A stretch of 64,000 nt of DNA from Leptospira biflexa (GTDB taxonomy: Bacteria; Spirochaetota; Leptospiria; Turneriellales; DYLW01), in contig DYOA01000012.1 in the NCBI GenBank assembly GCA_020720785.1, positions 924 to 64,923 on the forward strand, in the 5' to 3' direction. The notes beneath the pieces were generated by a model, which saw only the letters and a list, made by a program, of their open reading frames with translations, searched no databases and was not told where the DNA came from. Each line of letters starts with the position of its first letter. Position 1 is the stretch's first letter. Positions 54,611-64,000 of this stretch are shown here, one piece after another. A program made the translations under genes and the position numbers.

Positions 54611-57328
54611 ATGAAAGAATTGCCTCCGGTGTATAATCCTCACGGACTGGAAGAAAAATGGTATCCTGTCTGGGAGAACAGTAAATATTTTTCCTGGAAG
54701 AAAAAATTTTCGGATCATGAAGACTGGGATGCGGAAAAAATCCGGCAACTGAAAAATGAAGGTAAGGTGTATTCTATTGTCATTCCCCCGCCCAATGTGA
54801 CCGGATCCCTGCATCTGGGGCATGCTTTAAACCATACCATACAGGATTTGCTCATCCGCTATCACCGTATGAAGGGTAAAATTACACTCTGGGTACCGGG
54901 GACTGACCATGCCGGCATTGCCACCCAGAATGTAGTGGAAAAGCTACTCGCAAAAGAAGGGAAAAAGCGATGGGAAATGTCCCGTGAAGATTTTGAAAAA
55001 AGAGTATGGGAATGGAAAGCCCAGAGCGGAGGACGCATCACGCACCAACAGCGGCAATTGGGTGAGAGTGTGGACTGGGATTATGAGAGGTTCACGCTGG
55101 ATGAAGGGCTATCGTCCATTGTAAAAAAAGTATTTGTTTCCCTGTATAATGAAAAACTTATTTATCGGGGGGAGAGGATCATCAACTGGTGCCCCCATGA
55201 TAAAACTGCCCTTTCCAATATTGAGGTGGAATATAAAGACCAGAAAGGTCACCTTTATTATATTCGTTATGCATTGATCAATCCGGGCCCCGGAGATCCG
55301 GAGTACCTGACCATCGCTACCACCCGGCCGGAAACCATGCTGGGAGATGAAGCACTGGCGGTACATCCGGACGATGAAAGATACCAGGGCTTGGCTGGAA
55401 AGAATGTCCGGATTCCGCTGATAGAAAAAAGTATTCCCGTTATCCAGGATTCCTATGTGGATGCATCATTTGGTTCCGGGGTTGTCAAAATCACCCCCGC
55501 CCATGATCCCAATGACTTTGAGATTGGAAAAAGGCACAACCTTCCCGTAACCCGGATCATGGACGATGAGGCAAAAATCAATGAAAAAGGTTTCCAGTAT
55601 GCTGGCTTGAGTCGGGAAGATGCCCGGAAAAAAATTCTGGAAGATCTGGAGAAATCCGGTCTTTTGGAAAAAACAGAAGAAATAAAACATGGAGTGGGGC
55701 ATTGCTACCGTTGTGATACGGTAGTGGAACCCATTGTATCCCTGCAGTGGTTTGTGGATATCAAGCCTTTGGCGAGAAAAGCCATCGACGCTGTCCGGCA
55801 GGGGGATATTAAATTTATTCCCTCCCGGTGGGAAAATACGTACTTTGAATGGATGGAGAATATCCAGGATTGGTGCATTTCCCGGCAACTCTGGTGGGGG
55901 CATCGGATTCCGGCTTTCCACTGCAATGACTGCGGTCATGTTATGGTTACGGAGGAAGAAAATCCATTGGCTTGCGAAAAATGCGGATCCAAAAATATCC
56001 GCAGAGATGAGGATGTTCTGGATACCTGGTTTTCTTCCGGGTTATGGCCATTTTCCACGTTAATCCAGGATAACACCGGTGAAAACTGGGAAGATAATAA
56101 TCCGGATCTGGGTTTGTTTTATCCCACCTCTGTTCTTGTTACCGGATTCGATATCATATTCTTTTGGGTGGCCAGAATGATTATGTTTGGTTTGCACTTC
56201 CAGAAAGAAATCCCCTTCAAAGATGTTTTTATCCATGGACTGGTCCGGGATGCAGAACGTAAAAAGATGAGCAAATCCAGGGGCAACGTGGTGGATCCTC
56301 TGGAAAAAATGCAGGAATATGGGACAGACGCTTTCCGGTTTTTTATGATGAGCATTATGCCGGAGGGAAAAGACATAGTCTATGATGAAAGCCGCCTCAA
56401 GGGTTATTCCGCGTTTGCCAACAAAATATGGAACACCGCCCGTTTCATCCGAATGAACCAATCGGACGATTATAAAATCCAGGAAAAAAAATATTCTTTC
56501 AATGAAATGGATTTATGGATTCTGGGTCATTTTAATGCAATGCTGGAAAACGTCCAGGAAGCCATTGGACAGTACCGTTTTGGGGATTATTCCAGGGAAA
56601 TCTATGACTTCACCTGGAAATATTTCTGTGATCACTATATTGAGCTGGCAAAAATCTCCCTGGCAGAGGAAAAAGAAAAAAATATCCCGGAGGAGGATAG
56701 TCCCACCCTCCATATTCTGAACCTCATATTTCTTTCCATATTGAAGGTTTTACATCCGGTGATGCCCTTTATAACGGAGGAACTCCATTCCTACTGGAAT
56801 CCGGATGAATCCATTATGAACACATCCTGGCCGGAGAAACAATACATGGATATGGATTTTACATCGGCCGCCCATGTGGATCTGCTTCTGGATATAATAC
56901 ACCGAACCCGGAATATGAAAGGTGAGCTGGGAATTCCTCCCAAAGAAAAAATCACTCTATATGTGTATATAGTGGAGGAAGAACAGATTTTTCTGGAGAA
57001 ATTCCAGAATTCTCTTATAAAACTTTCCGGAGCGGAAAAAATTATATGGAGCAGGGAAGCTATACAGAAAACGGGTTATAAAATCACCCTGAAGAATGGT
57101 TTTGTCGTGGCGGACATTGCCCATCTGGTGGACCTGGAAAAAATAAAAGCAAAGCTGGAAAAAGAATACCAGAATAAAAAATCCTATCTGGACAAAATTA
57201 ACACAAAGCTGAACAATCCGGATTTTGCTTCCCATGCTCCGGAAGAACTCAGGAATGCAGAAATTCAGAAAGCGTCCCAGACAGAAAAAGAAATTCTGGA
57301 AATCCGGAACGTTTTGGAATCCCTGTAA
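54611..57328 (+). CDS. valS: Valine-tRNA ligase
   Basis: PPPNVTGSLHLGHA (HIGH), WCISRQLWWGH, DVLDTWFSS, KMSKS and a C-terminal coiled-coil arm. Confidence 0.98.
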   Translation: MKELPPVYNPHGLEEKWYPVWENSKYFSWKKKFSDHEDWDAEKIRQLKNEGKVYSIVIPPPNVTGSLHLGHALNHTIQDLLIRYHRMKGKITLWVPGTDHAGIATQNVVEKLLAKEGKKRWEMSREDFEKRVWEWKAQSGGRITHQQRQLGESVDWDYERFTLDEGLSSIVKKVFVSLYNEKLIYRGERIINWCPHDKTALSNIEVEYKDQKGHLYYIRYALINPGPGDPEYLTIATTRPETMLGDEALAVHPDDERYQGLAGKNVRIPLIEKSIPVIQDSYVDASFGSGVVKITPAHDPNDFEIGKRHNLPVTRIMDDEAKINEKGFQYAGLSREDARKKILEDLEKSGLLEKTEEIKHGVGHCYRCDTVVEPIVSLQWFVDIKPLARKAIDAVRQGDIKFIPSRWENTYFEWMENIQDWCISRQLWWGHRIPAFHCNDCGHVMVTEEENPLACEKCGSKNIRRDEDVLDTWFSSGLWPFSTLIQDNTGENWEDNNPDLGLFYPTSVLVTGFDIIFFWVARMIMFGLHFQKEIPFKDVFIHGLVRDAERKKMSKSRGNVVDPLEKMQEYGTDAFRFFMMSIMPEGKDIVYDESRLKGYSAFANKIWNTARFIRMNQSDDYKIQEKKYSFNEMDLWILGHFNAMLENVQEAIGQYRFGDYSREIYDFTWKYFCDHYIELAKISLAEEKEKNIPEEDSPTLHILNLIFLSILKVLHPVMPFITEELHSYWNPDESIMNTSWPEKQYMDMDFTSAAHVDLLLDIIHRTRNMKGELGIPPKEKITLYVYIVEEEQIFLEKFQNSLIKLSGAEKIIWSREAIQKTGYKITLKNGFVVADIAHLVDLEKIKAKLEKEYQNKKSYLDKINTKLNNPDFASHAPEELRNAEIQKASQTEKEILEIRNVLESL

Positions 57329-57331
57329 TTT

Positions 57332-59902
57332 CTACCTTTTTCTTCGTGTACTTTTTCTTGCTGAGCCACCGCCGGCGGTCTTCTGTGCGGCCACAGAGGA
57401 TCCGGCGGGATTACCTGGTTTCTGGAACCGCTCGTTGTTGATGGTCACGGGCGATGTCAGAGGCTGGATTTGCCTCACTCCATAACTTTCCTGTTGCACA
57501 TGCTTCGCTTCTCCCTGGATATGGAATTCTTCCGGTATTTCCTCTTCCAGTTCCCCGCGAATCTGAGCCCGGAAAATAAATTCCAGTGTCTCTTCTTTGA
57601 TAATGGCCACCATTTCCTCAAAAAGGGAAAAACTCTGGATGCGGTACTCCACAAGCGGTTCTTTCTGGGCATAACCCATCGTCCAGATGCCTTCTTTGAG
57701 ATGGTCCATCTCATAAAGATGGTCTTTCCATTTCTGATCCAAAACCTGCAGGAGAACCATTCTTTCCAGGATGGAGAATGTCCCACGGGGAACGCTTGCT
57801 TCCTTGGCTTTATATGCATCCATACCATGGTTGACAAAAAAATCCATGGTTTCCTGGGGATTCATGGAATGGAGAGTATCTTCTGATATGGACAGGTTTT
57901 TCTGGAAAACCTCCGCAAACCAGAGAGATAGCCCTTCCAGATCCCAGTTTGTCGCGTTCTTGCCGGGAATAAACAGGTTTATTTTTTCAGGAATAATATC
58001 CCGGATAAAATCCTGGATCATTTCATGGATGGTCTCCTGGGTTAATATCCGGCTACGGATGCCGTAAATAAAAACCCGCTGCTTGTTCATGACATCATCA
58101 TATTCCAGAAGGTGTTTTCTGATCTCAAAGTTATGGCTTTCCACTCTTTTCTGGGCTCTTTCAATGGCTTTGGAAACCATCCGGTGTTCAATGGCTTCCC
58201 CTTCCTGCATACCCAGTCTCTGCATAATGGGACCAATCCGGTCAGAACCAAAAATCCGCATCAGATCATCTTCCAGAGAAAGGTAAAATGTGGAAGCCCC
58301 CGGATCCCCCTGTCTTCCGGAGCGGCCTCTTAACTGGTTATCAATACGCCGGCTTTCATGTCGTTCTGATCCAATGACATAGAGTCCTCCGGCATCCGTA
58401 ACTCCCTCACCCAGCACAATATCCGTACCCCGCCCAGCCATATTAGTAGCGATGGTAACCTTGTGCTTCTGTCCGGCATCCTTGATGATTTCTGCTTCTT
58501 TTTCATGATATTTTGCATTGAGAATGGCGTGCGGAATTCCCCGCTGGGTCAGGAGTTTGGCAAGTTTTTCCGAATTCTCAATGGAAACGGTACCCAGAAG
58601 CACAGGCTGCCCTTTCAGATAGCATTCTTTTACATGATCCGCAATAGCGTTGAATTTTTCCCTTTCCGTCCGGTAAACTTTATCAGCATTATCCAAACGT
58701 ACCATGGGATTGTGGGTGGGAAGAACCTTGACATCCAAATTATAGATTTTTTTGAATTCCACCGCTTCTGTATCCGCTGTTCCCGTCATTCCGGAAAGCT
58801 TCTCATACATACGGAAATAGTTCTGGAAAGTGATGGTGGCCAGGGTCTGATTTTCCTGTTTAATGGCCACTCTTTCTTTTGCCTCCAGAGCCTGGTGTAG
58901 TCCATCAGAATAGCGGCGTCCTTCCATAAGACGTCCGGTAAATTCATCCACGATGATCACTTCATTATTCTGGACAACATAATCCTTATCCCTTGCGAAA
59001 AGATAATGTGCTTTGAGTGCCTGGTGGATATGGTGCACTTTATCCACATTCTTGGGATCATACAGGTTTTCCAGTCCCAGAAGTTTTTCGGCTTTGGAAA
59101 CCCCCATTTCTGTCATGAGAATATTTCTTGCTTTTTCATCTATTTCAAAGTCCACTTTATCTTCCAGACGAGGGATGATTTTATTCACCGTCAGGTAGAT
59201 ATCCGTGTTTTCCTCAGAGGGACCGCTGATGATGAGGGGAGTTCTGGCTTCATCAATTAAAATTGAGTCCACCTCATCCACAATAGCGAAATAATGTCCC
59301 CTCTGCACCATCTGCGAACGATGCTCCACCATATTATCCCGCAGGTAATCAAAACCGAATTCGTTATTGGTTCCATAGGTTATATCTTTGGAATAGGAAC
59401 TCTGCCGTTCTCTGTGATTCATATTGGAGACAATGGATCCCACGGTAAGCCCCAGAGAAGAATAAATGGGGGACATCCACTGGGCATCCCGTTTTGCCAG
59501 GTAATCGTTGACTGTGACCACATGCACACCCTTTCCGGTGACAGCATTCAGATAAATGGCCAGAGTGGATGTGAGGGTTTTCCCTTCTCCGGTTTTCATT
59601 TCCGCGATGGAGCCGGAGTGCAGAACAATCCCACCCATAATCTGGACATCGTAATGCCTCAGCTTGAGTGTCCGGATTGATGTTTCCCGGACGACAGCAA
59701 ATGCTTCCGGAAGGAGGGAATCCAGGGTCTCACCTTTCCCGTATCTTTCCCTGAATTCCGATGTTTTGCCAAAAAGAGCGGAATCGTCCAGTTTTTTTAT
59801 GGCCTCTTCATGGGAGCGAACCCGCTCCACAATCGGCTTCATCTTTTTTATATCTCTTTCATATTTTGAGCCAAAAACAAGTTTCAGTGCACCCTGTACC
59901 AT
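57332..59902 (-). CDS. secA: Preprotein translocase ATPase SecA
   Basis: [44 protein letters not shown] and [18 protein letters not shown] motifs. Confidence 0.98.
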   Translation of the reverse strand: MVQGALKLVFGSKYERDIKKMKPIVERVRSHEEAIKKLDDSALFGKTSEFRERYGKGETLDSLLPEAFAVVRETSIRTLKLRHYDVQIMGGIVLHSGSIAEMKTGEGKTLTSTLAIYLNAVTGKGVHVVTVNDYLAKRDAQWMSPIYSSLGLTVGSIVSNMNHRERQSSYSKDITYGTNNEFGFDYLRDNMVEHRSQMVQRGHYFAIVDEVDSILIDEARTPLIISGPSEENTDIYLTVNKIIPRLEDKVDFEIDEKARNILMTEMGVSKAEKLLGLENLYDPKNVDKVHHIHQALKAHYLFARDKDYVVQNNEVIIVDEFTGRLMEGRRYSDGLHQALEAKERVAIKQENQTLATITFQNYFRMYEKLSGMTGTADTEAVEFKKIYNLDVKVLPTHNPMVRLDNADKVYRTEREKFNAIADHVKECYLKGQPVLLGTVSIENSEKLAKLLTQRGIPHAILNAKYHEKEAEIIKDAGQKHKVTIATNMAGRGTDIVLGEGVTDAGGLYVIGSERHESRRIDNQLRGRSGRQGDPGASTFYLSLEDDLMRIFGSDRIGPIMQRLGMQEGEAIEHRMVSKAIERAQKRVESHNFEIRKHLLEYDDVMNKQRVFIYGIRSRILTQETIHEMIQDFIRDIIPEKINLFIPGKNATNWDLEGLSLWFAEVFQKNLSISEDTLHSMNPQETMDFFVNHGMDAYKAKEASVPRGTFSILERMVLLQVLDQKWKDHLYEMDHLKEGIWTMGYAQKEPLVEYRIQSFSLFEEMVAIIKEETLEFIFRAQIRGELEEEIPEEFHIQGEAKHVQQESYGVRQIQPLTSPVTINNERFQKPGNPAGSSVAAQKTAGGGSARKSTRRKR

Positions 59903-59920
59903 TGATAATCTCCGTTATTT

Positions 59921-60802
59921 TTAAAATTTTTTTCTGTATATACCATATTCGCCCTCTCTCTGGGAAATGAAATAAACCCAGCGGTTTTTTTCATCCACAA
60001 AGGGGTAAAAATCATTCGCAAAAGATTTGGTGACTTTGATTTCCTCTCCGGAAAACGGAATCAGGAATATATCATAATTCCCATTGTAATGATTATTCAC
60101 AGCAAAATAAAAGGAATTCTGGAAATCCCGGGAAGGTTGGAACGTGAATCCCGGAAGCTTGTTTATTTTTTTTCTTTCTCTGGTATTCCGGTTCAGAGAA
60201 AAAACGGAAAATACTCCTTCTGCATTGCTGTAATAGAGAATGGATTTTCCATCGGAACCGTAACGGCTTCCAAAATGGAAAAAATTATCATCGGTTAAGC
60301 GTGTCTCCGTATTCGTGGTCAAATCCATTTCATAGAGATGATATGTTTCATTCCTTTTGGAGTAATACACAAGCTTTTTTCCATCATGGGAAACATCCGG
60401 AAATTCGCACCAGTACTGATCCGGTGAAATCCTGGTGACCATATAGGGTTTCTCCAGGGTAATCCGGAATATCCCGCCAATTTTATCTCTTTTGGAAAAA
60501 TAATAAATGTGTTTTTCATCCGGAGCAAAAACAGGTTGGGAGTCAATCGCGGGATGATAGGTCAGGTATTCCCCTGTACGTGTATCAAGATTATACAGAA
60601 TAATGTCTCCTTTCCCGTCCCGGATGTTTGAACTGTATGCAATCAGTTTCCCCGAATTTGATACGGCCAGCGTGGTAATGACCCCGTTTTTGCTGATTAT
60701 TTTTTCCGCCGGGGAAAAATTAATATTCGCAGGGGTTCCATCCTTGGTTGTTGCCATCCAGGCTGCGAATAGAATTAGAATGATGATAACTCCGGATTTC
60801 AT
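59921..60802 (-). CDS. TolB-like beta-propeller (PD40 repeat) protein
   Basis: N-terminal anchor and repeats 'P.FAPDEKHIYYFS', 'PDVSHDGKKLVYYS', 'GSDGKSILYYS'. Confidence 0.85.
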   Translation of the reverse strand: MKSGVIIILILFAAWMATTKDGTPANINFSPAEKIISKNGVITTLAVSNSGKLIAYSSNIRDGKGDIILYNLDTRTGEYLTYHPAIDSQPVFAPDEKHIYYFSKRDKIGGIFRITLEKPYMVTRISPDQYWCEFPDVSHDGKKLVYYSKRNETYHLYEMDLTTNTETRLTDDNFFHFGSRYGSDGKSILYYSNAEGVFSVFSLNRNTRERKKINKLPGFTFQPSRDFQNSFYFAVNNHYNGNYDIFLIPFSGEEIKVTKSFANDFYPFVDEKNRWVYFISQREGEYGIYRKKF

Positions 60803-60853
60803 TTTTGGACTGTAGCAGGATAGGATAGTTTTTCAGGTTGAAAACCCTTTTTT

Positions 60854-62230
60854 CTAAGGAGCAAAAGATTCCGGGATTTTTTTAAAACCGGTTCCGCTCC
60901 GGGAAGAAAGCCATTCGTCATCCGAAGTATAATGCAGGAAACGTAAATACAGATTCTGAAAAATCGTGGAATGAACCGCTTTCTTGAAATTTTCCCTTCC
61001 AAAAGGGAATAAAAATCTGCCCACAAAAATATTGTCCCCAAAACCAAGAGAAATGAACACCGTACCCACCGGTTTTTCTTGGGTACCCCCGTCGGGTCCG
61101 GCAATGCCTGTCACGGACACCCGGAAATCCACCCCGAATACATTTTTTAATCCCCGGTTCATGTAAAAGGCGGTTTCTTCACTGACTGCTCCGAATTTTT
61201 CCAGAATTTCCGCGGGAACATCCAGCAGCTTTTCCTTGGAAAGGTTATGGTACACCACCAGAGATCCTGGAAATATCCGGGAAGCACCGGGAATACCGGT
61301 TATTTCATTGGCAATATATCCACCGGTACAGCTTTCTGCGGTGCAAATGGTACGATGATTGCGCATTAAATAGTCTATGAATTCCAGAAAAGGGTTATGG
61401 GTAACCAATCCGGGGAAAGTGCTCTTTAATTGTTTCTCCAAATCGGCTATGGTTTGATTATCCTTTATACCGGAATATTTGCCATTCTGTTCGTGGACTT
61501 CCGGATGATCCGCAATGGGTTTTTCTGACCTCAGAAATAGCCGGGTTCCATAATGCAGGGCATGAACCCCATGGATAAATCCTTCCGGCATGGTTATTTT
61601 ATCATACAGCTCACTTTCCGGAATTCCCCAGACGGGAAAGGTATGGGTTTCATACCGGGGAATGTCCAGATTCCCAATGATTTTCTCCACCTCATCCCAC
61701 ATTCCGTCAATTTCCTTGGGAAAGCCGGGCAGGGCGATGAGGGGAATTTTCTTAATCCATAAACCGGGAGCGAACCCCTTTGGGTTGCGGATAATCTGTG
61801 CGTTTTTCAGAGTGCGGGCCTGCCTCAGAATGCGTTCCTGAAACCGGTCCGATTGTTTTTCCGGATCGTTGGGGTATCTGGACTGGAGATAATGCCGGAT
61901 GCGGGAAACTGTGGGATCATGAAAAATAATTTCATCCCCGGTGAACTCCGCTGCCAGATCCACGGTCAGATCATCATCCGTGGGTCCCAGCCCTCCGGAG
62001 TTGATGATCAGGGTTTTTCTATCCGATGAAAATTCCCGCCAGCAGTGAAGCACATCGGCACGTTCATCCCGAATTTTGCGTATTTCCGAAACACGGTACC
62101 CAATCTGGTACAGACGGGATGCAAAAAATCTGGAGTTGGTATCCAGGACAAAACCATTGATGACCTCGGTACCAACTATGCAGATTTTTATTTGTTCAAT
62201 TTCTTTTTCCTGTATGGGAGAAGTCCTCAA
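60854..62230 (-). CDS. cinA: Competence/damage-inducible protein CinA (MoCF-like + NMN deamidase PncC)
   Basis: VGTEVING..LDTN, GGLGPTDDDLT, LPG.P.E, AESCTGG, GAVSEE and TGIAGPDGG..EKPVGTV motifs. Confidence 0.92.
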   Translation of the reverse strand: MRTSPIQEKEIEQIKICIVGTEVINGFVLDTNSRFFASRLYQIGYRVSEIRKIRDERADVLHCWREFSSDRKTLIINSGGLGPTDDDLTVDLAAEFTGDEIIFHDPTVSRIRHYLQSRYPNDPEKQSDRFQERILRQARTLKNAQIIRNPKGFAPGLWIKKIPLIALPGFPKEIDGMWDEVEKIIGNLDIPRYETHTFPVWGIPESELYDKITMPEGFIHGVHALHYGTRLFLRSEKPIADHPEVHEQNGKYSGIKDNQTIADLEKQLKSTFPGLVTHNPFLEFIDYLMRNHRTICTAESCTGGYIANEITGIPGASRIFPGSLVVYHNLSKEKLLDVPAEILEKFGAVSEETAFYMNRGLKNVFGVDFRVSVTGIAGPDGGTQEKPVGTVFISLGFGDNIFVGRFLFPFGRENFKKAVHSTIFQNLYLRFLHYTSDDEWLSSRSGTGFKKIPESFAP

Positions 62231-62856
62231 AGCGTTTCAAACAACTCCAGGAGCTTTTTTTCACTCTGTTTCTGGATCACATCATGCAGGCTTTCTCCAT
62301 GGGAATCCATGGTAACAACCGTCTCAAAGTCCTCCACCTCAATAATCCAGAACGCCTCCGGGGTACCAAAATCTTTTTTAATAACCCCTTTTACTTTTTT
62401 TACATTCTGGGCAATCAAAGTGGCTGCACCACCAATGGCATGCAGATAAACCCCGCCCAGATCCATACAGGCCTTGAGGGTTTTGGGACCCATTCCACCT
62501 TTTCCTATTACTCCCCGCAATCCCAGGAGCTTCATCACGTCATACTCATAGGGTTCCTCGCGGATGGAGGTGGTGGGGCCGGCTGCCAGAAATTTATACT
62601 CCCCGTTGTCTTCTGCCACCACGGGGCCACAGTGGTAGATAATCCCGCCCTGGGTGTACTGTTTCAAATCCTCCAAAACCGGAATTTCCGATTCTGTGGG
62701 TTTGTCTTTGGATATGAAATGATCCTCCAGATATTTATGAGCAACATCCCTGCCGGTGATGATGGTTCCGGTTATGGAAACAATATCTCCTTTTTTCAAG
62801 CTGCGGATAGTTGCTTCTGAAATATTGGGCGGATTAAGTTTTATTACCTGTGCCAT
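62227..62856 (-). CDS. Fe-S hydro-lyase (class I fumarate hydratase/tartrate dehydratase) beta subunit
   Basis: TGRDVAH, IYHCGP, AGPTTSIR, IGKGG and MDSHG motifs. Confidence 0.92.
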   Translation of the reverse strand: MAQVIKLNPPNISEATIRSLKKGDIVSITGTIITGRDVAHKYLEDHFISKDKPTESEIPVLEDLKQYTQGGIIYHCGPVVAEDNGEYKFLAAGPTTSIREEPYEYDVMKLLGLRGVIGKGGMGPKTLKACMDLGGVYLHAIGGAATLIAQNVKKVKGVIKKDFGTPEAFWIIEVEDFETVVTMDSHGESLHDVIQKQSEKKLLELFETL

Positions 62857-62865
62857 AGTATCCTC

Positions 62866-63774
62866 CTATTGAATGGTATAATGATTATCCTTGATAATCA
62901 TTGTTTTTTTCCGGGCTGCCCAGCACATATAAACAACGCTCACAAAAAAGGATGCTGGCAGACGGTGCAATTTGGCGATTTTGACTCCCAGAAGAGACGT
63001 TTCTCCTCCAAACCCCATGGGACCCACTCCTAACTGGTTGGCCTTTTCATACATTTCCTTTTCCAGCTCCGCCAGTACCGGGTCAGGATTCACATCATCC
63101 AGTTCGCGGAATACCTGTTCTTTTGCGGCCAGGGCTCCGGATACCCGGTCCCCGCCAATGCCCACACAAAGAACCCCGGGTGCACAGCCTTGCCCCTGGG
63201 CTTTGACTACGGAATCCAGAATAACTTTTTTAATACCTTTCAAGTCCCGCCCTGCACCCAACCGGGTATCCGGCAGGGAATACTGGATACCGGTGTTTTC
63301 TGATCCACCGCCTTTCAGCATGGTTTTCACTTCCACATAATCTTTTTCCCATTCATGGAAATAAAAGGATGGAAGACCCAGGCCGGTATTGTCCCCGGAA
63401 TTTTTTCCGGTTATGGAATCCACTGCATTGGGACGCAGATATCCTTTCCGGGTAGCTTCCCGCACCGCTTCTGTTATGTCATTTTTGAATTTTAATGTAG
63501 AAAATCCCAGTGGATAGTGTACGTGAAAAATTACCGTTCCCGTATCCTGGCAGATGGGGGTTTCCTTGACATAGGCCATGTCAATATTTTTAATGATGAT
63601 ATCCAGGGCTTTTTTTGCTTGTGAACCATCCTGTTCTTTTTGCTTCTGGATTTCTAATTTATCTGTAATGTCTTTGGGGAGATTCGTGGACGCTTCCCGA
63701 ATTAAAGTCACATATAATTCTTTCATATCGTCCGGGACTTTCCCGCTCAGAACATCAAATCTGTTTTTTCCCAT
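62866..63774 (-). CDS. Fe-S hydro-lyase (class I fumarate hydratase/tartrate dehydratase) alpha subunit
   Basis: PICQDTG, YLRPN, KGGGSEN, GCAPG and VVYMCWAAR motifs. Confidence 0.93.
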   Translation of the reverse strand: MGKNRFDVLSGKVPDDMKELYVTLIREASTNLPKDITDKLEIQKQKEQDGSQAKKALDIIIKNIDMAYVKETPICQDTGTVIFHVHYPLGFSTLKFKNDITEAVREATRKGYLRPNAVDSITGKNSGDNTGLGLPSFYFHEWEKDYVEVKTMLKGGGSENTGIQYSLPDTRLGAGRDLKGIKKVILDSVVKAQGQGCAPGVLCVGIGGDRVSGALAAKEQVFRELDDVNPDPVLAELEKEMYEKANQLGVGPMGFGGETSLLGVKIAKLHRLPASFFVSVVYMCWAARKKTMIIKDNHYTIQ

Positions 63775-64000
63775 AGTATAACTCCTCTAACGCAAGTCTC
63801 AAAATGCCACCTTGTCCGGCAAGTATAATTCCATTCGGATTTATGCAACCCGGAGCCTATCATCAATCTTGAAGTGCAACACTTATACTATAAAAAACCT
63901 CTATTAGTCATTTTATAATAATTTTAATGTTGACTGTCACTTGGGAAAAATGGGATTATGCCATCGGAATAGTAAATCCCGGAGAGGATTCTTTCCCCAA

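Noticed and set aside
57332-57480. SecA lacking the C-terminal SEC-C zinc motif
   Set aside because: Many SecA proteins lack it, so it is not novel.
1-64000. tRNA, rRNA, CRISPR arrays, IS or prophage genes
   Set aside because: Intergenic gaps are short, and I saw no cloverleaf, repeat-spacer array, transposase, integrase or phage structural motif. Covariance-model searches were not run.
63775-64000. Sigma70 promoter, FNR box or riboswitch upstream of the fumarase genes
   Set aside because: Only partial matches (for example TTGACT...GATTAT on +); not strong enough to call without TSS data.

Overview
A gene-dense 64 kb chromosomal segment from a diderm bacterium. ClpC, ClpP and SecA read like Leptospira-type proteins, so a Leptospirae-related spirochaete is inferred; no database search was run. 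It holds about 55 CDS and two small gene remnants. I saw no rRNA, tRNA, CRISPR array, integrase or transposase. Housekeeping genes (trpA, apt, lipA, clpP, rsmH, clpC, rnr, tsaBE, serA, valS, secA, cinA) are mixed with anaerobe-type metabolism (porDAB, paaK-ACT-iorAB, split class I fumarase, a phosphate acyltransferase). The most unusual elements are: (1) a 1375-aa RND transporter with a ~320-aa beta-propeller-like insertion in its porter domain, in tandem with an MMPL transporter and with no periplasmic adaptor in the window, while a separate MlaC-TolC-TPR operon lies about 13 kb away; (2) a coupled RecQ-PRTase + DprA pair resembling a defence module; (3) an XRE-cupin-phosphate acyltransferase fusion ending the por operon; (4) strong over-representation of CCGG in core genes, which drops in apparently foreign segments; (5) an internally deleted acyl-CoA ligase remnant and an MCP remnant, both missed by the ORF track.
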